From NCBI GenBank assembly GCA_963806205.1, contig CAWDXF010000004.1:121521-185520 (forward strand): a stretch of 64,000 nt of DNA. Direction: 5' to 3'. Positions 49,120 through 62,015 of this stretch are shown here, in pieces; the first letter of the stretch is position 1; each line of letters begins with the position of its first letter. The DNA comes from an uncultured Microthrixaceae bacterium. Lineage in GTDB: Bacteria; Actinomycetota; Acidimicrobiia; Acidimicrobiales; VFJN01. A model generated the notes under the pieces. That model did no database searches. It saw only the letters and a list, made by a program, of their open reading frames with translations, and had not been told where the DNA came from. A program made the translations under genes and the position numbers.

Positions 49120-50322
49120 ATGGCCCCCCGCCGCCTGCTGCCGGGCCCCGATGCCCGGCAGGGGCTCGTCGCGCTCGTCCTGAACTCCTCGACCAGCCTG
49201 GTCGCGGGAGCCGTCCTCGGCTCGCTCACGGCCACCTTCGAGCGGCGGCCGGGACTCCTCGTGCTGGTGCCCGCGGCCATCGGCCTCCGGGGCAACGTGT
49301 TCGGCTCCCTCGGGAACAGGGTGTCCACCTCCATCCACGCGGGGGAGCTCCAGCTCCGGCTGCGCCGCTCCACGATCCTCGGCCAGAACGTGCTGGCCGC
49401 CACTGCCCTCACCGTCGTGATGTCCTTCGTCCTCGTGGGGCTGGTGGTGGCCGTCAGCACCGGCCTCGGGCTCGGCGACACGATCGGGCTGGCCGACCTC
49501 ACCCTCGTCTCGGTCGGGGGCGGGGCGCTCGCGTCCCTGCCCGTGCTCGCGGCCACCCTCGGGCTCGCGGCGGGTGCCGTCCGCTACGGGTGGGACCTGG
49601 ACAACGTGACGGCCCCGCTCGTCTCGACGCTGGGCGACGTCCTCACCCTCCCTGCGCTGTGGCTGGCCACCGGGCTGCTCGGGGTCGGCGTCATCGGCAC
49701 CGTGTTCGGCTGGGCGCTGGGGCTGGTCGCCGCGGTCGCGCTCCTGCTCGCGGCCCGCTCGCCCCTGCCCTTGTTGCGGCGCATCGTGCGCTCGTCCCTG
49801 CCCGTCCTCGTGGTGGCGGCGGCCGTGAGCGCGCTCGCGGGGGTCGTGCTCGAGCGGCGGCTGGAGACCTTCAGTGCGCTGCCCGCCCTCCTCATCCTCG
49901 TCCCCGCCCACCTCTCGAGCGCGGGGGCCCTCGGCGGGATCCTGTCGGGCCGGCTCTCGAGCCAGCTCCTCCTCGGCCTCGCCCCGGCCACCGCGATCCC
50001 CTCGCGAGCGGCCCGTCGCGACCTCGCGCTGGTGGCCGGCCTCAGCCTCCCCGTCTTCGCGTTCAACGGGCTCGGCGCCGCCCTGACCGCGCACCTGCTG
50101 GGCGAGCAGTCGCCGGGCACCGGCTACCTCCTCGGCGCATCCCTCATGGCCGGCGCGGCCGCGATGGTCGTGGTCATGGCCATCGCCTACTACGGCACGA
50201 TCGCCGCGGTCCGCACGGGCATCGACCCCGACACCTACGGCATCCCGATCGTGAGCTCCACCGTCGACCTCGTCGGCGCGCTCACCCTGATCCTCGCGAT
50301 CACCGCCCTCGGCCTCGTCTAG
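49120..50322 (+). CDS. membrane protein with two MgtE-type divalent-cation transporter TM domains (no cytosolic MgtE-N/CBS part)
   Basis: Intact 400 aa. The repeated signature is DNVTAPLVSTLGDVLTLP and PDTYGIPIVSSTVDLVGAL. GGAGGG lies 5 nt upstream. Confidence 0.7.
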   Translation: MAPRRLLPGPDARQGLVALVLNSSTSLVAGAVLGSLTATFERRPGLLVLVPAAIGLRGNVFGSLGNRVSTSIHAGELQLRLRRSTILGQNVLAATALTVVMSFVLVGLVVAVSTGLGLGDTIGLADLTLVSVGGGALASLPVLAATLGLAAGAVRYGWDLDNVTAPLVSTLGDVLTLPALWLATGLLGVGVIGTVFGWALGLVAAVALLLAARSPLPLLRRIVRSSLPVLVVAAAVSALAGVVLERRLETFSALPALLILVPAHLSSAGALGGILSGRLSSQLLLGLAPATAIPSRAARRDLALVAGLSLPVFAFNGLGAALTAHLLGEQSPGTGYLLGASLMAGAAAMVVVMAIAYYGTIAAVRTGIDPDTYGIPIVSSTVDLVGALTLILAITALGLV

Positions 50323-50337
50323 TCGAGCCCGAGGCGA

Positions 50338-51495
50338 TCAGCGCAGGCAGGGTCCCGTGTCGACCTGGGCGGAGAGGTCGGCGGCGAGGACCGCCTCGAG
50401 CTCGCTGAGCGCGAGGGCGTAGGCCACGCCGTCGCGGTCGGGCGCGATGGCGAAGGCGACGCCGACGACCCGGCCTTCGGGGTCGATGAGCGCGGCGCCG
50501 GAGTCGCCGGGGGCCAGGGCCGATGCCAGCACGAGCACCTCGCGCTCGGTGGTCGCGCTGTCGTAGATGTCGGTGCCGCGGGCCCGCACCTCGCGACCGA
50601 TCTGGAACGGCGCCGCCCGCAGCGGCCCTCCACCGGGGTGCCCGAACACGGCGCCGCTGCCCCCGACGTCGATGTCGGCCCGGGGCAGGGCGGCGCGGTC
50701 GATGCCGGGAGCGCGGAGGACCGCGAGGTCACGGTTGGCGTCGAACGCCACGACCTCGGCCCGCACCTCGCTGCCGTCGCTGCGCTCCAGCACCGTCTCG
50801 TCCTCACCGGCCACCACGTGCGCGTTCGTGACGACGAGACCGGGACCGGCCACGAAGCCGCTCCCCTCCTGGATCCGCCGGCAGGCCACGCCCTGGACCT
50901 TGACGGTCGACAGGACCACGCGGTCGACGACGTCCTGCGCGAGGCCGGTGACGGCCGGGGGCGGGCCCACGTCCGGGGCCCGTTCGAGGCCCTCGACGAC
51001 GCGCGCGAGCTGGCCCTCCGTGAGGTAGCGGCGCAGCGCCGAGTTGGGCGGCTCCGGCATGCGCTCGTCGACGAGCTCCGCGAGCGCGGACGTGCGCGAC
51101 TGCACGGCGAACCACCCGCTCTTCTCCGCCATGATCGGGAGCAGCAGCCACAGCGCGATCACCACGCCGATCACGCCCGCCGCCGCCCCCGCGGCACGGT
51201 CGGCCTGCCGGACCCCGCCGAAGGGCAGCACGTGGCGCAGCCGCTGCCCGAGGAGGAGGCCGAGGGCCTGGCCCATGAAGGCGCAGCCGAGCAGCGTGCC
51301 CACGACGATGGCCAGCGCTTGTCCTTCGCTCGGGGCATCGAGGCGATCGAGGAGGCTCCCCGCGATCCGATCGCCGAGGACCGCGCCGAGGGCCATCCCG
51401 AGCCACGAGGTGACCCGCGCGAGGAAGCCCAGCCGGTACCCGCCGACCGCGGCCGCGAGCGCGGCCATGAGCACGAGGAGGTCGAGGGTGTTCAC
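50338..51495 (-). CDS. MarP-like membrane serine protease (CvpA-like TM domain + trypsin-like domain)
   Basis: Intact 385 aa with 4 N-terminal TM helices. The catalytic residues are in VVTNAHVV (His), NRDLAVL (Asp) and APGDSGAAL (Ser). Confidence 0.8.
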   Translation of the reverse strand: MNTLDLLVLMAALAAAVGGYRLGFLARVTSWLGMALGAVLGDRIAGSLLDRLDAPSEGQALAIVVGTLLGCAFMGQALGLLLGQRLRHVLPFGGVRQADRAAGAAAGVIGVVIALWLLLPIMAEKSGWFAVQSRTSALAELVDERMPEPPNSALRRYLTEGQLARVVEGLERAPDVGPPPAVTGLAQDVVDRVVLSTVKVQGVACRRIQEGSGFVAGPGLVVTNAHVVAGEDETVLERSDGSEVRAEVVAFDANRDLAVLRAPGIDRAALPRADIDVGGSGAVFGHPGGGPLRAAPFQIGREVRARGTDIYDSATTEREVLVLASALAPGDSGAALIDPEGRVVGVAFAIAPDRDGVAYALALSELEAVLAADLSAQVDTGPCLR

Positions 51496-51508
51496 CGCCG
51501 GCTCGCCG

Positions 51509-52285
51509 TCAGATGGTCCCGAGGAGCCGGGCGTGGGTGAGGAAGCCCGTGTGAGCCACCATCCGGTGGTCGGGGCGGACCGACTGCCCTTCGATGTGCC
51601 AGCTCCGGTGGAGCACCTCGATCGTCTCGGCCAGGCCGAACGCGCTCTCGCCCATTGCCTCCCGCAGCTGCACCGCCTGCGTCACCTGGGGCGTGTACGC
51701 GACCAGGAGGCCACCCGGGTGCAGCGCCCGCGCCGCATGCTTCACGACCTGCCACGGCTCCGGCAGGTCGAGCACGACGCGATCCAGGCCCGTCTCGTCG
51801 ATGCCGTCGTAGCAGTCACGGTGCTCGACCCGGTAGTGGGTCAGGGCCTCCTCGCCCAGGAACGCGGCGACGTTCTTCTGGGCGCGCGCGGCGAAGTCCT
51901 CGCGCAGCTCGTACCCGACGATCTCCGCACCCGCGCGCAGCATCGTCATCGACAGCGCGCCGGACCCGATGCCGGACTCCAGCACGCGGGCGCCCGGGAA
52001 GATGTCGGCCAGCAGCAGGATCGCGCCGAGGTCCTTCGGGTAGATCACCTGCGCGCCGCGGGGCATCTTGAACACGAAGTCAGACAGCGTGGGGCGGATC
52101 GCCGTGTAGTGCATGCCGTGGGACGACCGGAAGCTCGTGCCCTCCTCGGCGCCGATCACGGCGTCGTGGCCCACCGTGCCCGAGTGGGAGTGGAACTCCT
52201 TGCCCGGCTCGAGCACGAGCAGGTACCGGCGTCGCTTCGTGTCGATCAGCAGCACCTGCTCCCCCGCCCGGAACACGCGACTCAT
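51509..52285 (-). CDS. trmI: tRNA (adenine58-N1)-methyltransferase TrmI
   Basis: Intact 258 aa. Motifs: PRGAQVIYPKDLG, SAM motif VLESGIGSGALS, VVLDLPEPW. Equivalent to the mycobacterial gene next to the proteasome locus. Confidence 0.85.
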   Translation of the reverse strand: MSRVFRAGEQVLLIDTKRRRYLLVLEPGKEFHSHSGTVGHDAVIGAEEGTSFRSSHGMHYTAIRPTLSDFVFKMPRGAQVIYPKDLGAILLLADIFPGARVLESGIGSGALSMTMLRAGAEIVGYELREDFAARAQKNVAAFLGEEALTHYRVEHRDCYDGIDETGLDRVVLDLPEPWQVVKHAARALHPGGLLVAYTPQVTQAVQLREAMGESAFGLAETIEVLHRSWHIEGQSVRPDHRMVAHTGFLTHARLLGTI

Positions 52286-53217
52286 GGTCTGTGCCCCAGC
52301 TCGACGGGCACGGCACGGCCGCCCGCCCGTTCCACGAGCTTGCAGAACGCGCAGATCTCACCCGGCGTGGGAGCACCGCAGCGCGCGCAGGCCCCCAGCT
52401 GCTCCTGCTCGGCTTCCGCTTCCGCGGCGAAGCGGGCCGAGGCGCGGGCGAGGAACCCGAAGTAGAAGTCGTGCTTCGCCCCGGGCGACGTCGCCTCCAC
52501 TGCGTTGAGCGCCTGCTTGTACCCGAGGTGCCTGTTCCCTTCGGCCATGGGGCACTCCTCGACGATGTAGTCGATGCCCGTCAGGACGCAGTACGCGGCC
52601 GTCTCCCGCTCGCTCAGCCGCACGAGCGGCTTCACCTTCCGGGGGAAGCCGTGCCGGGCCGGGAGGACGGGGAGCTGCCGGCCGAGGTAGTCCGTCTGCC
52701 AGCGGAGGACGTTGCCGAACAGCACCGCGGCCTCGTCGTCCAGGTTGTGGCCGGTCGCCACGACGTCGTACCCGTGCCGCCGGGCCGCCTCGTCGAAGAG
52801 GTGCCGCTTCGAGAGGCCGCAGGCCGAGCACGGGACTCGCTTGGCCGCCTTCGCGCCGCCGGGGATGTCGAAGCCGTGGTCGGTCGGCAGGTCGATCTCG
52901 AGGAGGTGGAGCCCTCGCTCCGTCGCGAACGCGCGTGCCATGCGTCCCGACTCGTCGCTGTAGTCGCCGATGCCCAGCCCGAGGTAGAGGCCGTCCGTGC
53001 GGTAGCCGAGCTCGAGGAGGATGTGCCAGAGCGCGAGCGAGTCCTTGCCACCGGACACGGCCACCAGGACGTGGTCGTCCGCCTCCAACATGCGGTGGTC
53101 GTGCACCGCCTTGGCCACCTGGTCGCGGCAGAGGCGCAGGAAGTGGTCGCGGCAGAAGTTGGCGTTGTGCCGCCGCACGTCCATCACCGCGGGACCGCGG
53201 CACACGGTGCACTTCAC
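52282..53217 (-). CDS. TtuA-like PP-loop tRNA 2-thiolation ATPase
   Basis: Intact 311 aa with an N-terminal finger (CTVCRG..FCRDH), the PP-loop SGGKDS, PCSACG, GHNLDDE and a C-terminal finger (CARCG..CAFC). ATGA overlap with trmI and GTGA overlap with the ThiS-like gene. Confidence 0.75.
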   Translation of the reverse strand: MKCTVCRGPAVMDVRRHNANFCRDHFLRLCRDQVAKAVHDHRMLEADDHVLVAVSGGKDSLALWHILLELGYRTDGLYLGLGIGDYSDESGRMARAFATERGLHLLEIDLPTDHGFDIPGGAKAAKRVPCSACGLSKRHLFDEAARRHGYDVVATGHNLDDEAAVLFGNVLRWQTDYLGRQLPVLPARHGFPRKVKPLVRLSERETAAYCVLTGIDYIVEECPMAEGNRHLGYKQALNAVEATSPGAKHDFYFGFLARASARFAAEAEAEQEQLGACARCGAPTPGEICAFCKLVERAGGRAVPVELGHRP

Positions 53218-53414
53218 GCCAGGCCTCCGGAGATCACCGGCCGGATCTCGATCACGTCCTCGTCCAGGAGCAGCTCGTCGCCGGGCACGATCGTGTCGCC
53301 ACGGATCACGAGGACCGCGTCGCGGTGGACCTCCAGCCGCGCGAGGAGGGCGTGCACGCGGAGCGGCCCGGTCACCGAGACCTCGCGCCGCGGGTTGCGC
53401 AGCAGGACCTGCAC
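53214..53414 (-). CDS. ThiS/MoaD-type beta-grasp sulfur-carrier protein ending ..SGG-LA
   Basis: 66 codons from GTG 53414 in the ORF 53214-53555 frame: VQVLLRNPRREVSVTG..VLVIRGDTIVPGDELLLDEDVIEIRPVISGGLA. Two residues follow the di-glycine. Confidence 0.65.
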   Translation of the reverse strand: MQVLLRNPRREVSVTGPLRVHALLARLEVHRDAVLVIRGDTIVPGDELLLDEDVIEIRPVISGGLA

Positions 53415-53416
53415 CG

Positions 53417-53617
53417 TCAGCCCTGCGGACGGGTGGTGTGGGTGATCACGAGGGTCTCCCCCGCCTTGAGCTCCTCGCGCAGGACGACCGCGTCCTTGGC
53501 CGCTCGCTTCCGGTAGGCCCGGAGCAGGAAGGCGGCGAAGGCGGCTGCGGTCCACGCGGGGTGGGCCCCCGGCCGACGCCGGCGCGCTGCGAGCCGCTCG
53601 AGGAGCCCCAGGAGCAT
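53417..53617 (-). CDS. 66-aa hypothetical protein
   Basis: The ORF is bracketed by a 1-nt overlap upstream and a 2-nt gap downstream. It contains a hydrophobic stretch AWTAAAFAAFLL and VVLREELKAGETLVITH. No family recognised. Confidence 0.4.
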   Translation of the reverse strand: MLLGLLERLAARRRRPGAHPAWTAAAFAAFLLRAYRKRAAKDAVVLREELKAGETLVITHTTRPQG

Positions 53618-53838
53618 CAGATGCGGCGGACCTCGACCACCGTGGTGCGCCGACGGCCGCGCCGGCGGCCCAGCAGGAACGCGACCGCGACCACGCCCAC
53701 CGCCACGACGGCGCCGACCGTGATGGCCGTGGCGAGCGCCGACTCCTTGGTCTCGTTGACGTTGCCCTGGAGCTCGCGGAACTTGCTCTCGAGGTCCGAG
53801 CGGCTGATCCGCCCGTGCGCTTCCATCTGTGCGGTCAT
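53617..53838 (-). CDS. 73-aa single-TM protein
   Basis: Met-31 of ORF 53617-53928, with ATGA overlap to the upstream gene. Sequence: MTAQMEAHGRISRSDLESKFRELQGNVNETKESALATAITVGAVVAVGVVAVAFLLGRRRGRRR. Confidence 0.5.
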   Translation of the reverse strand: MTAQMEAHGRISRSDLESKFRELQGNVNETKESALATAITVGAVVAVGVVAVAFLLGRRRGRRRTTVVEVRRI

Positions 53839-54179
53839 ACCCCAGGCCCCTTTCGTCGGCTGATGCGGAGCAGCGCGAGGGCGATCAGCAGACCGCCTGC
53901 GGCCGTCGCGATGAGGTAGGGCGCCCACGAGAGGTTGCCCGTGAAGGTGGTGCCGGTCTCGGTCTGCAGCGCGCGCAGCCCGGCGAGGAGCAGCAGGCCC
54001 GTGCCGAGGCCGAGGAGGATCGCTCCGGACACCCCGTAGGCGAGGAACCGCGCCACCCCGCGCAGCGGGTCGATCGTCTCCTGCTTCGCGTACGCGGTGG
54101 TGAGCTCCCAGAGCTCGGTGCCGATCTCGGGGATGCTCTTGGCCTCGCCGGAGGCCTTGGCGTCGGGTCGTGCTGCCAC
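53835..54179 (-). CDS. 114-aa two-TM membrane protein (holin-X/DUF1469-like topology)
   Basis: Intact ORF with TM helices FLAYGVSGAILLGLGTGLLLLAGL and YLIATAAGGLLIALALL. The family assignment is tentative. Confidence 0.5.
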   Translation of the reverse strand: MAARPDAKASGEAKSIPEIGTELWELTTAYAKQETIDPLRGVARFLAYGVSGAILLGLGTGLLLLAGLRALQTETGTTFTGNLSWAPYLIATAAGGLLIALALLRISRRKGPGV

Positions 54180-54233
54180 GGTCGGGTCACCCTACTACCG
54201 GGGCCTCCGGCCTCTCCCGGCGACGGGGCCGCT

Positions 54234-58239
<4,006 letters not shown>

Positions 58240-58249
58240 TGCCCTGCCG

Positions 58250-58870
58250 TCAGGGCTCGAGCGTGGCGCGGAAGAACTCGCGGATGTGCTCGCGCCGCGT
58301 CGCGAGCATCTGGGGATCGAGCGGATCGCGCCCCAGGACGCCCTGCAGGAACGGCACGTCGGAGAAGTAGCCGAGCAGCGCGCCGAGCCCGGTGAGGATG
58401 AGCTGCTCGCTGTCGTGCTTGCGGAACTTGCCCTCGCCCATGTTCCGGTCGAAGAACTCGACGGCGCGGTCGAACAGGGGTCGCAGGGTCGCGCCGAGGT
58501 CGAACCCGAGGTGCTCGCCGCTCTGCCCGTCGAGCGCCTCCCGCCGCATGATCCGCACGAACTCGGGGTTGTCGCAGAACCAGTCGAAGGCGGTGTCGAG
58601 GACGAACTCCATCTTGTCCCAGGGCTCCTTGCCCTGGGTGTCCCCGGCCACCTCGATGCGCACGATCCAGTCCGACAGCGACGTCTCGAAGACCTCGCGG
58701 TAGATCGCCTCCTTCGAGGGGAAGTGGTGGAGGAGGCTGGGCTTGCGGATCCCCACGCCCGCGGCGATGTCGTTGAGCGAGGTGCCGTCGAACCCCTGCT
58801 CGGCGAAGCAACGCCGTGCCTCGATCAGGATCGCGTCCCGGGTGGAAGGGGACGGTTCCGACGGCGTCAC
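58250..58870 (-). CDS. TetR-family transcriptional regulator
   Basis: Intact 206 aa with the [26 protein letters not shown]. Confidence 0.85.
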   Translation of the reverse strand: MTPSEPSPSTRDAILIEARRCFAEQGFDGTSLNDIAAGVGIRKPSLLHHFPSKEAIYREVFETSLSDWIVRIEVAGDTQGKEPWDKMEFVLDTAFDWFCDNPEFVRIMRREALDGQSGEHLGFDLGATLRPLFDRAVEFFDRNMGEGKFRKHDSEQLILTGLGALLGYFSDVPFLQGVLGRDPLDPQMLATRREHIREFFRATLEP

Positions 58871-58876
58871 CTCTTG

Positions 58877-58882
58877 AGGGTA
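58877..58882 (-). promoter_or_regulatory. -10-like hexamer TACCCT, 6 nt upstream of the tetR GTG (leaderless candidate)
   Basis: The minus strand reads TACCCT CAAGAG GTG(58870). Confidence 0.4.
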
Positions 58883-58913
58883 GCGGGTCGACGGAGCCGA
58901 GGAGCCGGACCTA

Positions 58914-58919
58914 TAGGGT
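58914..58919 (+). promoter_or_regulatory. -10-like hexamer TAGGGT, 7 nt upstream of the tkt GTG (leaderless candidate), overlapping the 8-bp palindrome CCTATAGG (58910-58917)
   Basis: TAGGGT ggcctcg GTG(58927), with no SD sequence. Confidence 0.45.
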
Positions 58920-58926
58920 GGCCTCG

Positions 58927-60896
58927 GTGAGCAGCGTGGACCTGGAGCAGCGGGCCATCGACGTGATCCGGGGCCTCGCCATGGACGCGCCGCACCGGGC
59001 GCGGTCGGGGCACCAGGGCACCGCGATGGCCCTCGCCCCGCTCGCCCACGTCCTGTGGACGCGCATCCTGCGGTACGACGCGACCGACCCGACCTGGCCG
59101 GACCGAGACCGCTTCATCCTGTCCGCCGGCCACGCGTCGATCCTCCTCTACTCGATGCTGCACCTCACCGGGTACCCGTTGACGCTGCGCGACCTCGAGG
59201 AGTTCCGGCAGTGGGGCAGCCGCACGCCCGGCCATCCCGAGCACGGTCACACACCTGGGGTCGAGGTCACGACCGGTCCCCTCGGTCAGGGCCTCGGCAA
59301 CGCGGTGGGCATGGCGCTGGCGGAGCGCAACCTGCGGGCGCGCTTCGGGGCGGACGTGGTCGACCACCGCACGTACTGCATCGCCGGCGACGGCGACCTG
59401 TCCGAGGGCCTGTCCCACGAGGCCGCGTCGTTGGCCGGCCACCAGGGCCTCGGCCGCCTCATCTGCGTGTACGACGACAACCACATCTCGATCGACGGTC
59501 CTACCGAGCTCGCCCTGAGCGACGACGCCGCCGGGCGGTTCCAGGCCTACGGGTGGCACGTGCAGGAGCTGGGCGAGGCAGCCGAGGACACCGACGCCCT
59601 CGAGCGCGCGCTGCGCATCGCGGCGGACGTCGAGGACCAGCCGTCGCTCGTGATCGTGCGCAGCCACATCGCGTTCCCCTCCCCCACCAAGACCGACGAC
59701 CCCGAGGCCCACGGCTACGCCCTCAAGGACGAGGACATCCACGCGGCCAAGGCGGTCATGGGCCTGCCGCCGGACGAGGCCTTCTACGTCCCCGAGGACG
59801 TCGTCGAGCTGTACCGGGCTGCGGGCAGCCGCGGGAGCGAGCTCCGGGAGGCATGGGCGAAGCGGCTCGAGGCCTACGAGGGCGACCGGGCCGAGCTCGA
59901 CGCCTGCCTGGCCACCCGGCCCCTCCCCGGCTGGGAGGAGGCCCTCCCCTCCTGGGAGGTGGGTGCGGCCGTGGCGACCCGCAAGGCCAGTGGCGCGTGC
60001 CTCCAGGCGCTGGTGGCGAAGATCCCCGCGCTGATCGCCGGCGGGGCCGACCTCACGTCCAACACCGGGACCGTACTGAAGGACTGCGGCGTGCAGTCCC
60101 GGGACGACCCGTCCGGTCGCCAGATCTACTTCGGGATCCGCGAGCACGCGATGGCCGCGTCGATGACGGGGATGGCGCTCCACGGCGGCGCGCTGCCCGT
60201 CGGCGGCACGTTCCTGGTGTTCAGCGACTACTGCCGCCCGGCGATCCGGCTCGCGGCGCTGTCGCGGGCCCACGTCATCTACTCCTTCACGCACGACTCC
60301 GTCGGTGTGGGCGAGGACGGGCCCACGCACCAACCCGTCGAGCACGCGGCCGCGCTCCGGCCATCCCCGGGCTCCGGGTCGTCCGGCCCGCCGACGCGAA
60401 CGAGACCGCCGCGGCATGGCGCGTCGCGGTCGAGCACGACGGTCCCGTCGCGCTGCTGCTCACCCGCCAGGACGTGCCGGTGCTCGAGGGCACCGCCGGC
60501 GCACCGGTCGACCTCGGGGGCTACGTCCTCGTGGCTGCCGACGACCCGGACCTCGTGCTCGTCGGCACCGGGAGCGAGGTCGCGGTGTGCGTCGCCGCGG
60601 CGGCCCTGCTCACCGAGGAGGGCATCGCCACCCAGGTCAGCTCGCTCCCGTGCTGGGACCTGTTCGCCGCGCAGCCGGAGGCGCACCAGGACGCGGTCCT
60701 CCCGCCGTCGATCCCCACGCTCGCGGTCGAGGCGGGCAGCACCTTCGGGTGGGAGCGCTGGGCCGACGACGCGGTGGGCATCGAGCGCTTCGGCGCGTCG
60801 GCCCCCGGCGAGCGCGTCCTCGCCGAGCTCGGCTTCACCCCCGACAACGTGGCGGCGCGGGCCCGTCAGCTCCTCGAGGACCTGGAGGACGACTGA
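58927..60896 (+). pseudogene. tkt: transketolase; one frame switch near 60360
   Basis: ORF 58816-61332 from GTG 58927 carries [28 protein letters not shown] and FTHDSVGVGEDGPTHQPVEH. The C-terminal third (..IPGLRVVRPADANETAAAW..) lies in ORF 59055-60896. Confidence 0.9.
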
Positions 60897-62011
60897 TGCC
60901 CGACGAGCGGCTCGCCCAGCTCCTCGCCCTCGGCCAGAGCCCCTGGCTCGACAACCTCCGGCGCGGCTGGCTCGCCAGCGGCGAGCTCGAGCGCTGGGTC
61001 GACCGTGGCATCTGCGGGCTCACGTCGAACCCGTCGATCTTCCAGAAGGCGATCAGCTCGGGGCACGACTACGACGAGCAGTTCGGCCGGCTCATCACCG
61101 AGGGCGCCGACATCGACGCCGCCTACTGGGACCTCGTGGTCGAGGACATCCGCGGTGCCCTCGCCGTCCTCCGGCCCGTGTACGACCGGAGCGACGGCGT
61201 CGACGGCTATGTGTCCGTCGAGGTGGCCCCCGACCTCGCTCGCGACAGCGCGGGCACCGAGGCCGCCGCCCGCGCGCTGCACGAGCGCATCGCGGAGCCG
61301 AACCTCTACGTGAAGATCCCCGGGACGGCTGAGGGCATCGCACCGATCCAGGCGATGATCGGCGAAGGGCGCAGCATCAACGTCACGCTCATCTTCGGCC
61401 TCGACCGCTACGCCGAGGTGATGGAGGCCTACCTGGCCGGCCTGGAGGCCGCCGTGGCCGCCGGCGCGACCGACCTGTCCCGGATCTCGAGCGTGGCGAG
61501 CTTCTTCGTGTCGCGCGTCGACACCGAGGTCGACCGCCGCCTCGGCGAGATCGGCACCGAGGCCGCGCTGGCGCTGCGGGGGCGCACTGCCGTGGCCCAG
61601 GCCCAGGTGGCCTACCAGCGCTTCCTCGCCACCTTCCGCGGCGCCCGTTGGGACGCGCTCGTCGCCCACGGCGCGCGGGTCCAGCGTCCGCTGTGGGCGT
61701 CGACCTCCACCAAGGACCCGTCGTACCCGGACACCCTCTACGTGGACACGCTCATCGGGCCCGACACCGTCAACACGATGCCTGAGGCCACCATCGACGC
61801 CTTCACCGACCACGGCGCCGTGACCCGCACCGTCGACGCGGACCCGCAGGCGGCCACGCAGGTCCTGGACCAGGTGGCCGCGGTCGGGGTCGACCTCGAC
61901 GACGTGGCCGTCGTGCTGGAGGAGCAGGGCGTCGCCGCGTTCAGCAAGTCCTTCGACGAGCTCATCGGCGCGCTCGGCACCAAGGCCGCCGAGCTCGGGG
62001 CCGACGGGTAG
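60896..62011 (+). CDS. tal: transaldolase (long actinobacterial type)
   Basis: ATG 60896 shares one nt with the tkt TGA. Sequence: MPDERLAQLLALGQSPWLDNLRR..GLTSNPSIFQKAI..NLYVKIPGT..SVASFFVSRVD. Confidence 0.9.
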   Translation: MPDERLAQLLALGQSPWLDNLRRGWLASGELERWVDRGICGLTSNPSIFQKAISSGHDYDEQFGRLITEGADIDAAYWDLVVEDIRGALAVLRPVYDRSDGVDGYVSVEVAPDLARDSAGTEAAARALHERIAEPNLYVKIPGTAEGIAPIQAMIGEGRSINVTLIFGLDRYAEVMEAYLAGLEAAVAAGATDLSRISSVASFFVSRVDTEVDRRLGEIGTEAALALRGRTAVAQAQVAYQRFLATFRGARWDALVAHGARVQRPLWASTSTKDPSYPDTLYVDTLIGPDTVNTMPEATIDAFTDHGAVTRTVDADPQAATQVLDQVAAVGVDLDDVAVVLEEQGVAAFSKSFDELIGALGTKAAELGADG

Positions 62012-62015
62012 CTGC

